This document shows, one piece after another, positions 1 through 9,608 of a stretch of 64,000 nt of DNA. Under the pieces are notes generated by a model, which ran no database searches, was not told the DNA's origin, and saw only the letters and a program-made list of their open reading frames with translations. Made by a program: the position numbers and the translations under genes. The number at the start of each line of letters is the position of its first letter. The first letter of the stretch is position 1. The stretch lies in contig JAXGPE010000005.1 in the NCBI GenBank assembly GCA_040767105.1, forward strand, positions 3,855 through 67,854, read 5' to 3'. This stretch comes from Peptococcaceae bacterium. GTDB taxonomy: Bacteria; Bacillota; Peptococcia; DRI-13; PHAD01.

Positions 1-1
1 T

Positions 2-442
2 AATCATCGTTATTTATATGAACAAATAGAGAAAGAAAAGAAGCGTTCAGATCGATTTAATACAGGATTCAGTTTGGTATTGATGGACCTCGATAGATTC
101 AAGTCCATCAATGACGAATACGGTCACCTAATTGGCGACGAAGTATTAAGAGGAGTTGCCCGTATTATTGCATCAAGCACCAGAGAGACGGATATTGTCG
201 GCCGTTATGGCGGAGAGGAATTTTTGATAATACTTCCGGGAACAAAGCTTGATGAGGCATATACGGTGGCGGAAAAAATACGTGCTGCAATAGATAGAGC
301 AAGATTTGTTAAGGATATACATATAACGATCAGCGGAGGGCTTGCCCAGTATCATGGAGAACCAGCGAGTGAACTGATTTCATTGGCGGATAAGAACTTA
401 TATTATGCAAAAGAAACGGGCAGAAATCGTAACATAATGTGA
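2..442 (+). CDS. GGDEF-domain diguanylate cyclase, C-terminal portion (5' end outside window)
   Basis: Frame is open from the window edge. Translation ...RFNTGFSLVLMDLDRFKSINDEYGHLIGD...GRYGGEEFLIILPG carries the GGEEF active-site motif. Confidence 0.85.
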   Translation, partial: NHRYLYEQIEKEKKRSDRFNTGFSLVLMDLDRFKSINDEYGHLIGDEVLRGVARIIASSTRETDIVGRYGGEEFLIILPGTKLDEAYTVAEKIRAAIDRARFVKDIHITISGGLAQYHGEPASELISLADKNLYYAKETGRNRNIM

Positions 443-527
443 TTTGCTCGATTTATTCTCATTTAATTTTAAGATTTCAATGCTAGAATCAAGTCAACCT
501 CCATTTTAATACATATATTTTCAAAAA

Positions 528-551
528 ATGCTCCGAGAGGAGCATTTTTTT
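528..551 (+). terminator. Rho-independent terminator after the GGDEF gene
   Basis: Hairpin atgctcc-gaga-ggagcat followed by a T-run. Confidence 0.75.
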
Positions 552-569
552 GCTATTATAATAAAAATA

Positions 570-598
570 TTGACGACTAATGTATAAATGTATACAAT
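570..598 (+). promoter_or_regulatory. Sigma-A-type promoter candidate for citrate synthase
   Basis: ttgacg, 17-nt spacer, tacaat, about 40 nt upstream of the start codon. Confidence 0.4.
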
Positions 599-638
599 AA
601 ACAATATTGAAGAGAATCGTTCAAGGGGAGGAAATAAA

Positions 639-1997
639 ATGTATTTGGCTTATGACAATTACGATCAAAGAAACTGGAGTTATTTAAAAGAGCTTAGTAG
701 AATTGTTGAAGAAAACAACAAGATCCAGCCAGAGTTGTATGACAAGTACAATGTCAAAAGAGGATTGCGAAATAGTAACGGCACAGGAGTATTGGTCGGA
801 TTGACCGGCGTAGGCGATGTTTACGGATACAAACTCGAAGATGGCGTCAAGATCCCTGATGAGGGAAGACTTTATTATAGAGGATATGAAATAATGTCTC
901 TCATTGATGGTTTTCAAAAAGATGACCGTTCGGGTTTTGAAGAAACATGTTATTTGTTATTATTTGGTGAACTTCCAGATGAAAGGAAATTGGAAAGTTT
1001 TAAACGGTTATTGGGAGAAAACAGGGATCTTCCGAATGGTTTTACAGAAGACATGATGTTAAAAGCTCCTAGCCGTGATATCATGAACAAACTTGCCCGC
1101 AGTGTTTTAGCGGCCTACTGTTACGACAGCAACCCAGATGATTTGAGCATACAAAATGTTTTGCGGCAGTCCATTGAATTGATTGCTCGTTTTCCAACAA
1201 TGGTTGCGTATGGTTATCAAGCAAAAGCCCGATATTATGATCAAAAAAGTCTCTTTATACATAGTCCTCAGCCCCAGTTAAGTACTGCTGAGAATTTTCT
1301 GCATATGATGCGTTCTAACAGCGAGTACTCAAAACTAGAGGCAGACGTATTGGATCTTGCCTTGGTATTGCATGCTGAACATGGAGGTGGAAATAACTCG
1401 ACTTTTGCTGCCCGTGTTGTCACAACAACTGGTACTGATACATATTCTGCAATGGCTGCTGCTGTTGGATCACTAAAAGGTGGTAAGCATGGAGGAGCAA
1501 ACATAAAAGTTCTTGAGATGATGGAAGATATAAAAAGTAATGTCAGCGATTGGCAGAATAAGACGATGGTGAGGAACTACCTGCAAAAAATAGCTCATGG
1601 CAAAGCAAATGATGGTTCAGGATTGATCTATGGTCTGGGACACGCAGTATATACTTTATCAGACCCAAGAGCTTTGCGCCTAAAACAAAAGGCTCTAGAC
1701 CTTTCCAAAGACAAAGGGCTAGAAGAGGAATTCGAGCTTTATGAAACAGTTGAGCGGATAAGCCCTGAAGTTTTGGGTAAAAATAATATCAGTGCCAATG
1801 TGGATTTTTATTCAGGTTTTGTATATAAGGCTTTGGATATCCCCAAGGAATTATTTACTCCTATCTTTGCTGTAGCACGTATAAGCGGATGGTGTGCCCA
1901 CCGTATCGAGGAGCTTGTAAGCGATGGGAAAATAATTCGTCCTGCATATAAAAATATAGTTGATAAAAGAGCATACGTATCAATAGGCGAAAGATAG
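639..1997 (+). CDS. Citrate synthase
   Basis: ORF 588..1997. Start moved to ATG 639, which follows GGGGAGG. Motifs VLHAEHGGGNNSTFAARV, LKGGKHGGAN and GLGHAVY are typical of citrate/2-methylcitrate synthases. Confidence 0.9.
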   Translation: MYLAYDNYDQRNWSYLKELSRIVEENNKIQPELYDKYNVKRGLRNSNGTGVLVGLTGVGDVYGYKLEDGVKIPDEGRLYYRGYEIMSLIDGFQKDDRSGFEETCYLLLFGELPDERKLESFKRLLGENRDLPNGFTEDMMLKAPSRDIMNKLARSVLAAYCYDSNPDDLSIQNVLRQSIELIARFPTMVAYGYQAKARYYDQKSLFIHSPQPQLSTAENFLHMMRSNSEYSKLEADVLDLALVLHAEHGGGNNSTFAARVVTTTGTDTYSAMAAAVGSLKGGKHGGANIKVLEMMEDIKSNVSDWQNKTMVRNYLQKIAHGKANDGSGLIYGLGHAVYTLSDPRALRLKQKALDLSKDKGLEEEFELYETVERISPEVLGKNNISANVDFYSGFVYKALDIPKELFTPIFAVARISGWCAHRIEELVSDGKIIRPAYKNIVDKRAYVSIGER

Positions 1998-2007
1998 AAA
2001 AAAAAAG

Positions 2008-2034
2008 AAAGCAGCTGCCAACGGCAGCTGCTTT
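2008..2034. terminator. Bidirectional terminator between convergent genes
   Basis: Perfect 9-bp stem gcagctgcc/ggcagctgc with a 3-nt loop, flanked by an A-run and a T-run. Confidence 0.8.
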
Positions 2035-2791
2035 AAAAATACTTTTGTTTAATTTCTGAGACTATTTGCTCGACTCGATCTGTAACCTGGGGTATAGAGT
2101 ATCCTATATAAATTGGAGATGTTATAAATCTGGGTATGACCTTTGCAAAAAATACATCTTCTAAGTGGTAGAAGAATAGATTGTAGCTCTGACACTGCCT
2201 GAAATGGTTAAGCAGGTAATGTATACATATCTGCAGGTAATCCGCCATTATATCAAGTTTATCAAGATTCTTAAGCACTACATTGAACTCTGAGAAACCG
2301 ACACGCGGATGATCGGAAATATTTAATTCAACGCCGCAATTCTGATCGATAATATGACCGCCAAACTGTTCTGGTGATATGTTATGACGATAATCAAGTT
2401 TATTGAAACCTATTATTTGCATGTGTGCATGAGCGATAGATCCGCCGGACAGTGGCCCATGATTTTTAAAAAGGATGACCGAGGCATATCGACCACATTT
2501 TTCTAAGGATAACCAGTGTTTAAAGGCAAAGTGGAACAAACGATGCAGATGTTCCTTGCTATAAGTTGAGAATTCTGCATCGCAGCTGTCGGTTTCGATA
2601 AGGACAGTCTGATAAGCATCTTCGATGACCTGAAATTTGTTTTTGACCAATAATATTGGTCCATCTTCGTCCAAAATGTCAGTCAAAGCTGAACGTTCGC
2701 AAAATGGGCAAGTATTCACCAGTCCTGCCGTATAAGTAAATTTCTGTTTACCCATTATGGAATTAAAAGTAAGTACATGTTCGGATTTCAT
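2033..2791 (-). CDS. GalT-like HIT-superfamily nucleotidyltransferase (DUF4931-type)
   Basis: 252-aa ORF with a CPFC zinc motif near the N-terminus and SIAHAHMQ (HxHxQ) like galactose-1-phosphate uridylyltransferase. Family assignment is from memory. Confidence 0.6.
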   Translation of the reverse strand: MKSEHVLTFNSIMGKQKFTYTAGLVNTCPFCERSALTDILDEDGPILLVKNKFQVIEDAYQTVLIETDSCDAEFSTYSKEHLHRLFHFAFKHWLSLEKCGRYASVILFKNHGPLSGGSIAHAHMQIIGFNKLDYRHNISPEQFGGHIIDQNCGVELNISDHPRVGFSEFNVVLKNLDKLDIMADYLQICIHYLLNHFRQCQSYNLFFYHLEDVFFAKVIPRFITSPIYIGYSIPQVTDRVEQIVSEIKQKYF

Positions 2792-2980
2792 TTATTATTC
2801 CTCGCTGATGTGATTAATACAAATCCATTATAAACGCTTTTTGCTTTTATAACATATCATTTTATTTGTATTATCGATAAAGATGATCTATCAAAATATT
2901 TTTAAAACACGAACAATTTATGCATAAGATTGTTAACAGATATTAAATATACGAATTTTAAAAATATTCGAAATAATCAG

Positions 2981-3009
2981 TTGACACATATAGACAGATT
3001 GTTTAGTAT
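2981..3009 (+). promoter_or_regulatory. Sigma-A-type promoter candidate for the trpB2 leader
   Basis: ttgaca, 17-nt spacer, tagtat. Confidence 0.45.
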
Positions 3010-3448
3010 AGTAATCACCCAGAAGATAACCGCAAGGGCACTTCAAAGGGAACCCTGAAAATCGATATATCTTGTTTCAAGCCGTGGAATATTTTATGAA
3101 AGTATTCAAAGCTAAACAACAGAGTAGACGAGAGTCCACGAAGTTGAGACGCAGGCGGGCGAAAAAATGAGGATCATTTTAGTAGGTGCCAGTGTACAGA
3201 GAGTAAAAAATAAAACGGATTGGAAACAGGATGAAAGCCCGTAACAAAATGTTCGACATTTTGTTCATCAGGCCTAAAAAGCTGGTGATCCAAGGATTAA
3301 AAAACCAAGGATACTGGTTCGAACAGAAGAGGAAACTCAAAACTGATTCAGGGTAAAAGAAGGAGGGCGTATTCCACTGGAGTACCAACTCAAGGGAAGA
3401 GGATGAGCCGCAAGTTAAAATATGACCGGCTTATCCTCTTCCTATTTT
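3010..3448 (+). promoter_or_regulatory. Long structured 5' leader ending in an intrinsic terminator (attenuator; T-box-like but not canonical)
   Basis: About 440 nt of non-coding sequence between the promoter candidate and trpB2. It contains cAGAGAGTA (3197-3205) and cACTGGAGTACCaac (3376-3390) directly 5' of a 16-bp terminator stem. TTCC (3372-3375) can pair with GGAA (3395-3398) of the terminator 5' arm. Confidence 0.4.
3395..3448 (+). terminator. Leader terminator upstream of trpB2
   Basis: ggaagaggatgagccg (3395-3410) pairs with cggcttatcctcttcc (3427-3442), 16 bp with one G-U. It is followed by tatttt, about 75 nt before the RBS. Confidence 0.75.
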
Positions 3449-3537
3449 AATTTAGTGCTTAAAATATATTGATTGAAAGTTGCCGCTGTGTTAAACTTGA
3501 AACATTAAAATTCACACTACAAGGAGAGATGAGCAAG

Positions 3538-4899
3538 ATGAGTAAAGCTGAGATCACAAAAATTATTTTACCGGAAGAAAAAATACCCCGTAGTTGGTAC
3601 AATGTTCAGGCCGATATGCCGAATCCAATGCAGCCATATTTAAATCCTCAAACAAAAAAACCGTTGGGTCCACAGGATATGGAACCTATTTTCCCGATGA
3701 ATCTTGTTATGCAAGAGGTTTCTACAGAAAGATATATTGAGATCCCGGAAGAAGTTCGGGAGCATTACAAAAAATGGAGACCATCACCATTATATAGAGC
3801 CTTTTCTCTTGAAAAAGCCCTAAATACACCGGCCAGGATTTATTATAAATACGAAGGTGTAAGTCCGGTTGGAAGCCATAAATTAAATACGGCAGTTGCT
3901 CAGGCATATTATAACAAGGCAGCAGGTGTTAAAAGATTGGCAACTGAAACCGGTGCTGGACAATGGGGAACTGCTCTATCACTAGCATGTTCATTTTTTG
4001 GATTGGAATGCCTGGTTTATATGGTGAGAATAAGTTTTGAGCAGAAACCATATCGCAAGTCGTTTATGCAGGCTTATGGAGCTGAGTGTATAGCAAGTCC
4101 AAGTGACAGGACCGCCATCGGTAGAAAAGTACTCGTGGAACAACCTGATACACCAGGTTCACTTGGTATCGCAATTAGTGAAGCAGTCGAAGATGCTGTT
4201 GGCAGAGAAGATACAAAATATGCATTAGGCTCAGTTCTGAACCACGTTTGTGTTCATCAATCAATTATTGGACAGGAAGTCAAACTGCAAATGGAGATGG
4301 TTGATGATTATCCGGATGTTGTTATTGGTTGCTGTGGAGGTGGAAGCAACTTTGCCGGAATAGCTTTTCCTTTTGTTCCTGATAAGCTTGCCGGGAACAA
4401 GGTGCGTTTGCTTGGGGTTGAGCCCTCTGCCTGTCCTACATTGACAAAAGGAGTATTTGCTTATGATTATGGTGACGTTGCCGGAATGACACCGATAATG
4501 ATGATGTATACACTGGGACACAACTTTACTCCAGCGGGTATACATGCCGGTGGATTGCGTTACCATGGAGAGTCGCCATTGCTTAGTCAGCTTTATCATG
4601 ATGGCTTGATAGAAGCGAAATCGTATAAACAAAAATCGGTATTTGATGCTGCGGTTCTATTTGCAAGGAGCGAGGGTATCATGCCAGCTCCCGAATCATC
4701 CCATGCTATAAGAGCTGCCATTGACGAGGCGTTACAGGCAAAGGAAGAGGGAACCCCGCGTTCAATAGTCTTTAATCTAAGTGGACATGGTCACCTTGAC
4801 ATGCTTGCCTATGATAATTATTTTTCAGGAAAGATGGTCGATGCCGAATTTTCAGATGAAAATTTAAAAGAGAGTCTGAAATCTTTACCAAAAATATAG
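3538..4899 (+). CDS. TrpB-like PLP-dependent enzyme (tryptophan synthase beta, TrpB2 clade), stand-alone
   Basis: ORF 3469..4899. AAGGAGAG at 3521-3528 favours ATG 3538 (ATG 3529 also possible). Shows [13 protein letters not shown] (PLP-lysine region), [11 protein letters not shown], and an N-terminal extension [15 protein letters not shown] typical of TrpB2. No trpA or other trp genes are nearby. Confidence 0.85.
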   Translation: MSKAEITKIILPEEKIPRSWYNVQADMPNPMQPYLNPQTKKPLGPQDMEPIFPMNLVMQEVSTERYIEIPEEVREHYKKWRPSPLYRAFSLEKALNTPARIYYKYEGVSPVGSHKLNTAVAQAYYNKAAGVKRLATETGAGQWGTALSLACSFFGLECLVYMVRISFEQKPYRKSFMQAYGAECIASPSDRTAIGRKVLVEQPDTPGSLGIAISEAVEDAVGREDTKYALGSVLNHVCVHQSIIGQEVKLQMEMVDDYPDVVIGCCGGGSNFAGIAFPFVPDKLAGNKVRLLGVEPSACPTLTKGVFAYDYGDVAGMTPIMMMYTLGHNFTPAGIHAGGLRYHGESPLLSQLYHDGLIEAKSYKQKSVFDAAVLFARSEGIMPAPESSHAIRAAIDEALQAKEEGTPRSIVFNLSGHGHLDMLAYDNYFSGKMVDAEFSDENLKESLKSLPKI

Positions 4900-4910
4900 T
4901 GTATCAACAA

Positions 4911-4937
4911 AAAACCCCGGTGCATCCGGGGTTTTTA
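4911..4937 (+). terminator. Rho-independent terminator after trpB2
   Basis: aaaaccccgg-tgcat-ccggggttttt. Confidence 0.85.
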
Positions 4938-5019
4938 TTTTGTCAGAGTTATTCAGATTATGTTAAAATTAACAGGTGCGTAAGTAAATTGTATAAACAA
5001 TACGAAAAGGGGTATTTTG

Positions 5020-6618
5020 ATGAAAATCACTTTTTGCGGTGCTGCTGGAACAGTGACCGGGTCTTGTTTTTGGGTCAATACCAACAACATCAATTTCTTG
5101 GTAGATTGCGGAATGTTTCAAGGAATAAAAGAAATCAAAGAAAGAAATTACCATGACTTTTTATTTGACCCGAAGGATATAGACTTTATATTGTTGACCC
5201 ATGCGCATGTTGATCACTGTGGATTGATACCTAAATTATATAAAAAAGGTTTCAGAGGTAAGATATATACGACTAAAGCTACAACTGCACTATGCTCAGT
5301 AGTATTACCAGACAGTGCACACATTCAAGAAATGGAAGTAGAATTTAAAAATATCAAAAACGAACGGAAGGGGCTTCCCCTGCTTGAACCGATTTATACA
5401 ACAGCAGATGCGCAAGGATGTCTTGAAAACTTCTTTAGCGTTGATTATGAAGAACAAATCCAAATAACTGAGAGTATACATGCGCATTTTCAAGATGCAG
5501 GTCATATATTAGGATCAGCTATAATCGAGGTCTGTATTAAAGAAGAGGGCACAGAGAAAAAAATAGTATTCTCTGGAGACCTTGGAAATATAGGACAGCC
5601 AATACTTGACGATCCAACAAAAATCCATGAGGCAGACATCTTGATCGTTGAGTCAACTTATGGGAACCGATATCACCTTAATGCAAGCAATAAGCTGGAT
5701 GAATTGGCATTTGCCGTAAATATGACTATGAAAAAGGGCGGAAATCTTGTGGTCCCTTCATTTGCAGTTGAAAGGACACAGGATTTGATTTATGAATTAA
5801 AGCTGATGATGGATGAGAAAAAAATACCTGAAGTTGATATATACATAGATAGCCCGATGGCAGTTGAGGCGACAAAGGTATTTCTTGAAAATCATGAATT
5901 TTGTTTGGATGAAGAATTCAAGCATGTTTGTGGGATCGATGGAAAAAAATGTTTTGAAGAATTTCCGCATCTGAAATATATTCTTTCAGTCCAAGAATCA
6001 ATGGCCTTAAATAGAGTCAAGAGTGGAGCGGTAATTATATCTGCCAGCGGAATGGCTGAAGCAGGTAGAATAAAACACCATTTAAAATACAATTTATGGA
6101 GAAAGGAATCAACTATATTGTTTGTTGGATATCAGGCTGAAGGAACGCTAGGAAGAAGGATTCTGGATGGGGCAGAAAAGGTCACTATACACGGGGAAGA
6201 GGTTGTTGTAAAGGCAGATATAATAAATATCGAAGGATTTTCGGCCCACGCGGATCAAAAGGGATTGCTAGACTGGATAAGACATTTTAAAAATACCCCT
6301 AAACAATTATTCCTTGTACATGGCGAAATGGCTGCTTTGGAAAACATGAAGAGAATTATTGCTTCGGAATTGGGAGTAAAAGCTAATATACCCATGATTG
6401 GTTCTGAATATGACTTTAAAGCCGATGTGATCACTGATATTACTAAATTGGAAACTGTTCATTATACTGAATTGAAAGAAGAAACGATTCAGGCTTTTAT
6501 AACGATAAAAGAGCAAATCAAGGAACTTTCACAAAAACCAGGCAATGATATACGACAACTGCAAAGACTATTGGCACAAATAAATGAAGTTGAAAGGGAA
6601 ATACATAAGGTTTGTTGA
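5020..6618 (+). CDS. MBL-fold metallo-hydrolase of the beta-CASP (RNA-metabolising) type
   Basis: ORF 5017..6618 with ATG at 5020. Has the THAHVDHCG (HxHxDH) motif, then ESTYG and SAHAD motifs as in beta-CASP nucleases, and a C-terminal ~80-aa charged extension. Confidence 0.8.
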   Translation: MKITFCGAAGTVTGSCFWVNTNNINFLVDCGMFQGIKEIKERNYHDFLFDPKDIDFILLTHAHVDHCGLIPKLYKKGFRGKIYTTKATTALCSVVLPDSAHIQEMEVEFKNIKNERKGLPLLEPIYTTADAQGCLENFFSVDYEEQIQITESIHAHFQDAGHILGSAIIEVCIKEEGTEKKIVFSGDLGNIGQPILDDPTKIHEADILIVESTYGNRYHLNASNKLDELAFAVNMTMKKGGNLVVPSFAVERTQDLIYELKLMMDEKKIPEVDIYIDSPMAVEATKVFLENHEFCLDEEFKHVCGIDGKKCFEEFPHLKYILSVQESMALNRVKSGAVIISASGMAEAGRIKHHLKYNLWRKESTILFVGYQAEGTLGRRILDGAEKVTIHGEEVVVKADIINIEGFSAHADQKGLLDWIRHFKNTPKQLFLVHGEMAALENMKRIIASELGVKANIPMIGSEYDFKADVITDITKLETVHYTELKEETIQAFITIKEQIKELSQKPGNDIRQLQRLLAQINEVEREIHKVC

Positions 6619-6649
6619 AATAAATAGCGGATGAATATTTTTTGGAGAA

Positions 6650-7876
6650 ATGCATATGCGAATTCGAAACATTGCTTCAATCGCACTAATGATCATTATA
6701 ATGGCTATATTCTGGCCTGATTACAAGCAAGACCAGTCAGCTGACATTTATCATGCTCCTTTTGAGCCAACTTACGCTGAGGAAATATTGGAAGCAGGCA
6801 AGTATTCGCGGGAACGCATTTGGTATGTTTCGGACCTGCTGACGATGAAGGAAAGGATATTTGAATTACATCATTTATATCCCAGAGACTATCGGCCTTT
6901 AATAAAGACACCGGTAAAGGTCAAGGGTATATATATGACCGGAGCAGTATTCCATCACACAAAACTATTTAACCGTTTGATAGATATTGTCGACAATACA
7001 GAACTTAATTCACTGGTCATCGATATAAAAGATGACAGGGGTTATTTATCAGCGAAATTTGATTCAGAAGAAATAAGAAAAGTTGATCCAAATGTTCACC
7101 GTGGAAGAAATGTATACCAAAATATGCGAATAATTACTGAAAAAAATATTTATCCAATTGCACGGGTAGTAGTTTTTAAAGATCCGTTGCTTGCTTCGGC
7201 CCATGAGGAGTATGCAATATTAGATAAAAATGGTCGACCATGGCTCGATAGAAAGGGCCTTGCCTGGGTAGATCCACATTGCAAAGAAGTTTGGGCTTAC
7301 ACAGTGAATATTGCCAAAGAAGCAGCCAAGCTTGGATTTCATGAAATACAATTTGATTATGTCCGTTTTCCGACAGACGGAAATATCGAAATGGCAGTTT
7401 ATCCTTATGCCACAGGGCAAAAGAAAGAAGATGTCATAAGCGAATTTTTGGCATATGCCAAAGAAGAGCTCGATGAGTACAATGTTTTTATTTCAGCAGA
7501 TGTTTTTGGCCTGACGACATTAACTGTAGACGACATGGCCATGGGACAAAAGTTTGAAAAAATCATGACGCAGGTGGATTATATTTGCCCGATGGTTTAT
7601 CCCTCTCACTACGAGGCAGGCAATTATGGTTTCAGTAATCCTAATGCGAACCCACATGAAGTGGTAAGACGAGCGTTACTTGATGCACTTAATAAAGCAC
7701 AGGGATCAGAAGTGATTGTTCGTCCTTGGCTCCAAGACTTCACACTTGGTAAGCCTAAGTATGGGATAGATGAGGTTTTGGCTCAAATAGAAGCAACGTA
7801 TGCTGCAGGACTGGACGAGTGGCTGCTTTGGAATGCAGGAAATAATTATACTGTAGGGGCCTTGATGGAGAATTAA
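6650..7876 (+). CDS. Membrane-anchored putative glycoside hydrolase-like protein (DUF4015-type)
   Basis: 408-aa ORF with an N-terminal TM helix (IASIALMIIIMAIFW). KGIYMTG...NSLVIDIKDD...QFDYVRFP resembles the DUF4015 TIM-barrel family. Assignment is from memory. Confidence 0.6.
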   Translation: MHMRIRNIASIALMIIIMAIFWPDYKQDQSADIYHAPFEPTYAEEILEAGKYSRERIWYVSDLLTMKERIFELHHLYPRDYRPLIKTPVKVKGIYMTGAVFHHTKLFNRLIDIVDNTELNSLVIDIKDDRGYLSAKFDSEEIRKVDPNVHRGRNVYQNMRIITEKNIYPIARVVVFKDPLLASAHEEYAILDKNGRPWLDRKGLAWVDPHCKEVWAYTVNIAKEAAKLGFHEIQFDYVRFPTDGNIEMAVYPYATGQKKEDVISEFLAYAKEELDEYNVFISADVFGLTTLTVDDMAMGQKFEKIMTQVDYICPMVYPSHYEAGNYGFSNPNANPHEVVRRALLDALNKAQGSEVIVRPWLQDFTLGKPKYGIDEVLAQIEATYAAGLDEWLLWNAGNNYTVGALMEN

Positions 7877-7970
7877 ATATTTGACGTATTTTGTAACTGG
7901 TTATTATAATTAAAGTGGTTTGCAAAAAGAATGAGATCTTTGATTATGTAGTGCCGGAGGAGGCTACAGA

Positions 7971-9587
7971 GTGAGGATAGAATATCTCGACGGTAAGTTA
8001 TGGGCTAAAATGGTTGAAGCTTCCGGCGCGTTTTTAGAAGAGAATAAGATTTATGTCGATTCTTTGAACGTTTTTCCGGTACCTGACGGAGATACCGGAA
8101 CAAACATGAGCCTTACTATGGCATCAGCTATTAAAGCTGTCTCAAATAACGACATGCCAGATATTGGTGAAGCAGCTCAAAAAATTGCGTATGGAGCACT
8201 CATGGGAGCTCGCGGCAACTCAGGAGTGATCCTCTCTCAGATATTTGCAGGTTTTGCAAAAATTGCTGAAGGAAAGCAAATAATGAGCAAACAGGAAGTC
8301 GTTCAAGCACTCGGTTCAGCCGTAAAAACCGCTTATCAGGCAGTTATGAAACCAGTTGAAGGAACTATTCTGACTGTTTCGAGAATGGCTTATGAGGCTG
8401 CAGAAAAAGTATCAAATGACGAAAATAAAGATTTAATAGATTTATTTGAAGCAACACTGGCAGGTTCGATAACAGCCCTCAAAATAACACCAGAATTACT
8501 ACCTGTACTGAAACAGGCTGGTGTAGTTGATGCAGGAGGACAGGGATTTGTCTATATTATCGAAGGAATGCTTAATGCACTAAAGGGCAAAGATATTAAA
8601 AGCAGCAATACAATGTCTTTACCGAGCATAAATGAGAAAAGTGAAATCAATTATTTTCATGAGGATAGTTTGGAATTTCAATATTGCACAGAGTTTATTC
8701 TCAAGAAAAGAGAGCAAGATTTGGATTTAGATAAAATTCGTGATTTTCTGGCAGACAAGGGAGATTGCCTGTTGGTTGTAGGAAGTATCGATACCGGGAA
8801 AATTCATATACATACCAATAATCCTGGAAGGGTATTAGAATATTGCACAGATATCGGAACACTGCATCAAGTACAAATAAATAATATGTGTGAACAAAGC
8901 GAGGAAATGCAGCTTAAAGGCAAGTTGAACAAGAGATTGGGTTTAGTTGGTGTTGCTGTTGGCAATGGGATGATAGAGATATTGAAAAGCCTTGGTGTTG
9001 ACGCAGTCATCACCGGAGGGCAGACAATGAACCCCAGCACCCAGGATTTTCTTGATGCTATTGAGATCGTTGGAACAGAAACAGTCCTGTTGCTACCGAA
9101 CAATAGCAATGTATTGTTGACTGCAAAACAAGCAGCAGATTTATCCACAAAGCATTGTCTGGTAGTGGAAACGAAAACCGTCCCGCAGGGCATTGCGGCC
9201 TTAATGGCATATAATTCCGCAAAGGACATTGAATATAATAAAAGTAAAATGCAGGAGGCAAGCTTTTCGGTCAAAACCTTAGAAGTTACTTATGCTGTTC
9301 GCAGTTCGGTTTTTGAAGGACATACGATAAAAAAAGATCAGATCCTGGGCATAGTTGATGGGCAGCTTACACTTACAGGAATTGAACCGGAAGAAGTTGC
9401 GGAAAAACTTATTTCAGAAAGTCTGGAGAAGTCACATGAATTAGTAACAGTATATTATGGTGAAGACGCAAATGAGAGTGACGCAAAAGAGTTAATTGAA
9501 AAACTTGCTGAAATTTATGAAAATGTTGATTTTGAACTTCATCAAGGAGGACAGCCGCTATATTATTATCTTATTTCAATGGAATAA
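7971..9587 (+). CDS. yloV: DAK2 domain-containing protein YloV
   Basis: 538-aa ORF with a GTG start after GGAGGAGG. N-terminal DGDTGTNM and ARGNSGVILSQ are Dak phosphatase-domain motifs. It lies next to degV, as in Bacillus. Confidence 0.85.
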   Translation: MRIEYLDGKLWAKMVEASGAFLEENKIYVDSLNVFPVPDGDTGTNMSLTMASAIKAVSNNDMPDIGEAAQKIAYGALMGARGNSGVILSQIFAGFAKIAEGKQIMSKQEVVQALGSAVKTAYQAVMKPVEGTILTVSRMAYEAAEKVSNDENKDLIDLFEATLAGSITALKITPELLPVLKQAGVVDAGGQGFVYIIEGMLNALKGKDIKSSNTMSLPSINEKSEINYFHEDSLEFQYCTEFILKKREQDLDLDKIRDFLADKGDCLLVVGSIDTGKIHIHTNNPGRVLEYCTDIGTLHQVQINNMCEQSEEMQLKGKLNKRLGLVGVAVGNGMIEILKSLGVDAVITGGQTMNPSTQDFLDAIEIVGTETVLLLPNNSNVLLTAKQAADLSTKHCLVVETKTVPQGIAALMAYNSAKDIEYNKSKMQEASFSVKTLEVTYAVRSSVFEGHTIKKDQILGIVDGQLTLTGIEPEEVAEKLISESLEKSHELVTVYYGEDANESDAKELIEKLAEIYENVDFELHQGGQPLYYYLISME

Positions 9588-9608
9588 CTGTTTATAGGAA
9601 GTGTGTTG

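Noticed and set aside
2952-2970. Match to the CodY box AATTTTCWGAAAATT (12 of 15 in aattttaaaaatatt).
   Set aside because: The central C and G are missing, and in a genome this AT-rich a 12/15 A/T match is expected by chance.
3115-3210. GAG/TAG triplets in the trpB2 leader, considered as a possible TRAP-binding array.
   Set aside because: Triplet spacing is irregular (0 to more than 10 nt) and there are far fewer than the ~9-11 evenly spaced repeats required.
3249-3353. 34-codon ORF in the trpB2 leader containing one Trp codon, considered as a possible attenuation leader peptide.
   Set aside because: It has no Shine-Dalgarno, only a single non-tandem TGG, and its stop is not positioned relative to the terminator as in classical attenuators.
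4899-5156. 85-aa ORF overlapping the trpB2 terminator and the start of the beta-CASP gene.
   Set aside because: It spans a rho-independent terminator and overlaps a better-supported gene. It has no RBS.
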